The notes under the pieces were generated by a model. It saw nothing but the letters and a program-made list of their open reading frames with translations, searched no databases and was not told where the DNA came from. From assembly GCA_963736875.1 (NCBI GenBank), contig CAVTQH010000002.1, positions 133,294 through 197,293 on the forward strand: a DNA stretch of 64,000 bases, in the 5' to 3' direction. A program made the position numbers and the translations under genes. Shown piece by piece: positions 61,396 through 64,000 of this stretch. Position 1 is the first letter of the stretch. Each line of letters starts with the position of its first letter. The DNA is from Candidatus Amesbacteria bacterium. Lineage in GTDB: Bacteria; Patescibacteriota; Microgenomatia; CAZETR01; Amesbacteraceae.

Positions 61396-61423
61396 AAACG
61401 AGGCGTTATCGCCTCGTTTTCTT
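61396..61423 (+). terminator. Rho-independent terminator after hup: AAACGAGGCG-ttat-CGCCTCGTTT then TTTTCTT
   Basis: 10 bp perfect stem read directly. Confidence 0.7.
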
Positions 61424-61439
61424 GGGTTAAAATGTAAAT

Positions 61440-62170
61440 ATGAGAAAAAATCTTGCTATTGCCAAAGCTGAATGGCTGGATGCCATCCAGAGTTATCAGG
61501 AAGTCATACTCTGGATTATTATCCAGTCGGTTCCCATTTTAGTTATGGGTGTTTTATGGTCTTCATCCCGGTCATATTTTTCAACTACTCAAATCTCTTA
61601 TCTGGTAACGTATTACGTCATAATTTTTGTTGTCGACCGGCTTACCGGTTTTTATTTTGAACAAAATATGCAGGATGAAATTCGTGAAGGGACTTTCTCC
61701 AGATATTTATTAAAACCGATTTCCGTCCGGAAATATCTCCTTTGGGATAATATCGGCGGCAAATGTTTTAATACTCTTTTCTCTTGTTACCCATCCTGGG
61801 GATCATTTCGATCATTTTTTCAGGCCATTTGATTTCACCCCTGCCGGTAAATTTTGGATTGTTTCTTTTGAGCTTAATCTCTGCCTTTTTCATTCAATTT
61901 TCACTGTCTCTTTTGGTTACTTCCGGAGCGTTTTTTATTGAACAGGCTTTCGCCATCAACCATTTACATTGGATGCTGGATGCGGTTGCCGGAGGTTACA
62001 TGTTACCCCTCACTTTCTACCCGCAATTCCTGCAAAATATATTTAGTCTTTTGCCTTTTTCCTATGTTTATTACGTCCCGGTGGGCATCTATACAGGTCA
62101 GTTTTCCGTTCCCATGGCTTTGCAGAAAATCGGCTTTCAGTTGTCTGGGCTGTATTGCTATACTTTTTAA
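61440..62170 (+). CDS. ABC-2-family transporter permease (ABC2_membrane_6-like), split by a -1 frameshift at the T4 run 61777-61780
   Basis: ORFs 61440..61832 and 61784..62170. Changing T4 to T5 gives continuous ...KCFNTLFLLLPILGIISIIF... Confidence 0.5.
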
Positions 62171-62225
62171 GCGTTATTGTTTGGCGTATCGGCATTAAAA
62201 AATATTCCAGTGTCGGAGGATAACT

Positions 62226-63008
62226 ATGAAGCGATATCTGCATCTTTATAAAACTTATTTTACTTTTGCTTTAGTCAACAGCATGGCCTATCCGGCAGAT
62301 TTTATTACCTGGTCTGTTATTGATACCTTGTGGATAGTCGTAAATATCGGATTTTTTAAAGTCTTACTTTTAAATATTCCCGATATTCATGGCTGGACTT
62401 TTTCCCAACTGGTGATCCCCCTGGGAATTTACAGTCTGCTCAACGCTTTTATTTGGGGAGCTTTCTACGGGAATATGAAAGAACTGTCCAAAAGTATCAA
62501 CCGGGGAACTCTGGATTTGGTCTTAACCAAGCCGGTCTCCGCCCAATTTGTGGTTACGGTTCGCAGTATCGGCCTTAATCTTTTTCCCTCGGTTTTAATG
62601 GGCGTTTTTTTAATCGGCTATGGCTTTTATATTAACCATCTTCATCCCGTAAACCTGGTTTTTCTGCCATTGATTTTAATTTCGTCTGTTTTGATATTCT
62701 ATTCGCTGTATTTTATTTCCACCACTCTGGCTTTTTGGACCAACCGTCTGCAGAATATTTCCGAATTTATGCCCCAGGTTGCCGATGCTGCCCGCTATCC
62801 GACGGATATTTTCCCGGTCGTAGTCCGCTTTATCCTGACCTACATAATTCCCCTGGGCTTGTTGGCAATTTTTCCGGCCAAAATTCTTCTTTCCTGGTAT
62901 TCTCCGGTATTAATTCTTATTCCCTTATTTGTCGGTGTATGTCTTTTATATCTTTCACATCTTTTCTGGCACTTTGCTCTCCGCTTCTACTCCTCCGCTA
63001 GTTCCTGA
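62226..63008 (+). CDS. ABC-2-family transporter permease paralog
   Basis: 260 aa; six TM segments; N-terminal YLHLYKTYFTFALVNSMAYPADF. Confidence 0.5.
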   Translation: MKRYLHLYKTYFTFALVNSMAYPADFITWSVIDTLWIVVNIGFFKVLLLNIPDIHGWTFSQLVIPLGIYSLLNAFIWGAFYGNMKELSKSINRGTLDLVLTKPVSAQFVVTVRSIGLNLFPSVLMGVFLIGYGFYINHLHPVNLVFLPLILISSVLIFYSLYFISTTLAFWTNRLQNISEFMPQVADAARYPTDIFPVVVRFILTYIIPLGLLAIFPAKILLSWYSPVLILIPLFVGVCLLYLSHLFWHFALRFYSSASS

Positions 63009-63056
63009 CATGTAATTGTAGCCTGAAATGGCGCTTAAACTGATATACTGATTTTA

Positions 63057-63848
63057 ATGAAGAAATATCGGGCGCTAATAAAAATGGTTTTTTTAGACCA
63101 GATCGAATATCCCGCCGAAGTCTTTTACCAGTTGTTGCTGGCTTTGGTACCGTTGGGAATAGCTGCTTATTTATGGTTGGCGATATACCGGGAGGGAGGG
63201 ATTGTAGGTAATTTTAATCTTTCTTCGATAATTACCTATTATTTAATAATCACCGTTCTCAATCGAATTCTGGCCCACCCGGCATTTTGGATGGCTGACA
63301 TGGTAGAAAGAGGCGAATTGTCAGCCTTTCTGGTTAAGCCATTCCCTTTTCTGGGGTATGTTTTTATTCATTCTCTTACCAGGCGGGTAGTGAATTTGTT
63401 GATTTCCGTACCGGTATTGATGATTGCGCTTCTTTTACTTCGGCAATATCTGATTTTGCCGTCAGGTTTGGTGACTGTTATCCTCTTCGGGTTTTCGTGT
63501 ATGCTGGCTGTCGCTATCTATTTTTTGTTTGGGTTGCTTATGGGGTTGGTCAGTTTATGGACTTTGGAAATAGGGAGTATTATTTATTTTTATTATGAAG
63601 CGCTTGGTTTCTTGGGCGGAGCGATGCTGCCTCTGAGTTTTTTCCCTCCCTCGGCTTCAAAAATATTGGATTTCCTGCCGTTTAAATATTTATATTATTT
63701 TCCCGCCCAAGTCTATTTAGGTAATATTCCCATGCCCCAGGTTTTCCCCGGTCTGCTAATTGGGATTTTCTGGGTTGTGATACTCTATCTGGCAATAACT
63801 CTGGTATTTAATCGTGGTCTGCGCCGTTACAGTAGTTTCGGGAATTGA
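63057..63848 (+). CDS. ABC-2-family transporter permease paralog
   Basis: 263 aa; multi-TM. Confidence 0.5.
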   Translation: MKKYRALIKMVFLDQIEYPAEVFYQLLLALVPLGIAAYLWLAIYREGGIVGNFNLSSIITYYLIITVLNRILAHPAFWMADMVERGELSAFLVKPFPFLGYVFIHSLTRRVVNLLISVPVLMIALLLLRQYLILPSGLVTVILFGFSCMLAVAIYFLFGLLMGLVSLWTLEIGSIIYFYYEALGFLGGAMLPLSFFPPSASKILDFLPFKYLYYFPAQVYLGNIPMPQVFPGLLIGIFWVVILYLAITLVFNRGLRRYSSFGN

Positions 63849-63849
63849 T

Positions 63850-64000
63850 ATGCTGAATAGATACTGGAGTCTCTACAAAATATTTTTCAAAAACTCGCTT
63901 ATCCGGATGATGGAGAACCGCTTTGACTTTCTTTTCAGAATAATTCCCACCACCCTTACCTTATTATTAAATGTTCTCACTGTAAGTTTCATCTTTTCCA
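63850..64000 (+). CDS. Start of a fourth ABC-2-like permease gene (partial, runs off the window)
   Basis: MLNRYWSLYKIFFKNSLIRMMENRFDFLFRII resembles the N-terminus of the preceding paralogs. Confidence 0.4.
   Translation, partial: MLNRYWSLYKIFFKNSLIRMMENRFDFLFRIIPTTLTLLLNVLTVSFIFS

Noticed and set aside
1-64000. CRISPR arrays, rRNA genes, IS elements or transposases
   Set aside because: No regularly spaced repeats, no rRNA-like conserved blocks, and no transposase or integrase-like ORFs were seen anywhere in the window.

Overview
This 64 kb window looks like a small-genome bacterium at about 45-50 % GC. The lineage is not determined: no L30 gene, a minimal IF-2 beginning at the G domain, a Zn-finger-less DnaJ, a sortase and a truncated AlaRS suggest a reduced genome. 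The window is dominated by information-processing genes. Positions 1-18.7 kb carry the dnaK 3' end, an RRM protein, and the complete S10-spc-alpha ribosomal-protein cluster on the minus strand (rpsJ through rpsK, with secY-adk-map-infA-rpmJ), preceded by fusA-tuf. Positions 18.7-30 kb carry dnaJ-like, nusA, infB, a degenerate nrnA-like gene, rpsO, pnp, a Lon-like AAA+-only protein, a YfcE-like phosphoesterase, a family-4-like UDG and rnj. Positions 30-43 kb carry a small repeat-flanked insert, an alginate-lyase-like gene, ftsK, rodZ-like, a frameshifted capA-like gene, alaS, an FtsA/PilM-like-TM-extracellular protein plus sortase, NUDIX, ruvX and mltG. Positions 43-54 kb carry rpoB-rpoC-rpsL-rpsG-rpsD-rpoA-rplQ-rplM-rpsI. 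After a tRNA-Pro with duplicated tRNA fragments comes a 2 kb low-GC three-gene island (ANT-like nucleotidyltransferase, alpha/beta hydrolase, NDT-like protein) bounded by imperfect direct repeats, then recA-recX-rny-hup and tandem ABC-2 permeases. Two recurring oddities are an in-frame L22-S3 fusion and at least eight homopolymer-associated frameshifts (three of them in infB), which are either sequencing indels or disrupted genes. No CRISPR array, rRNA or transposase gene was seen.
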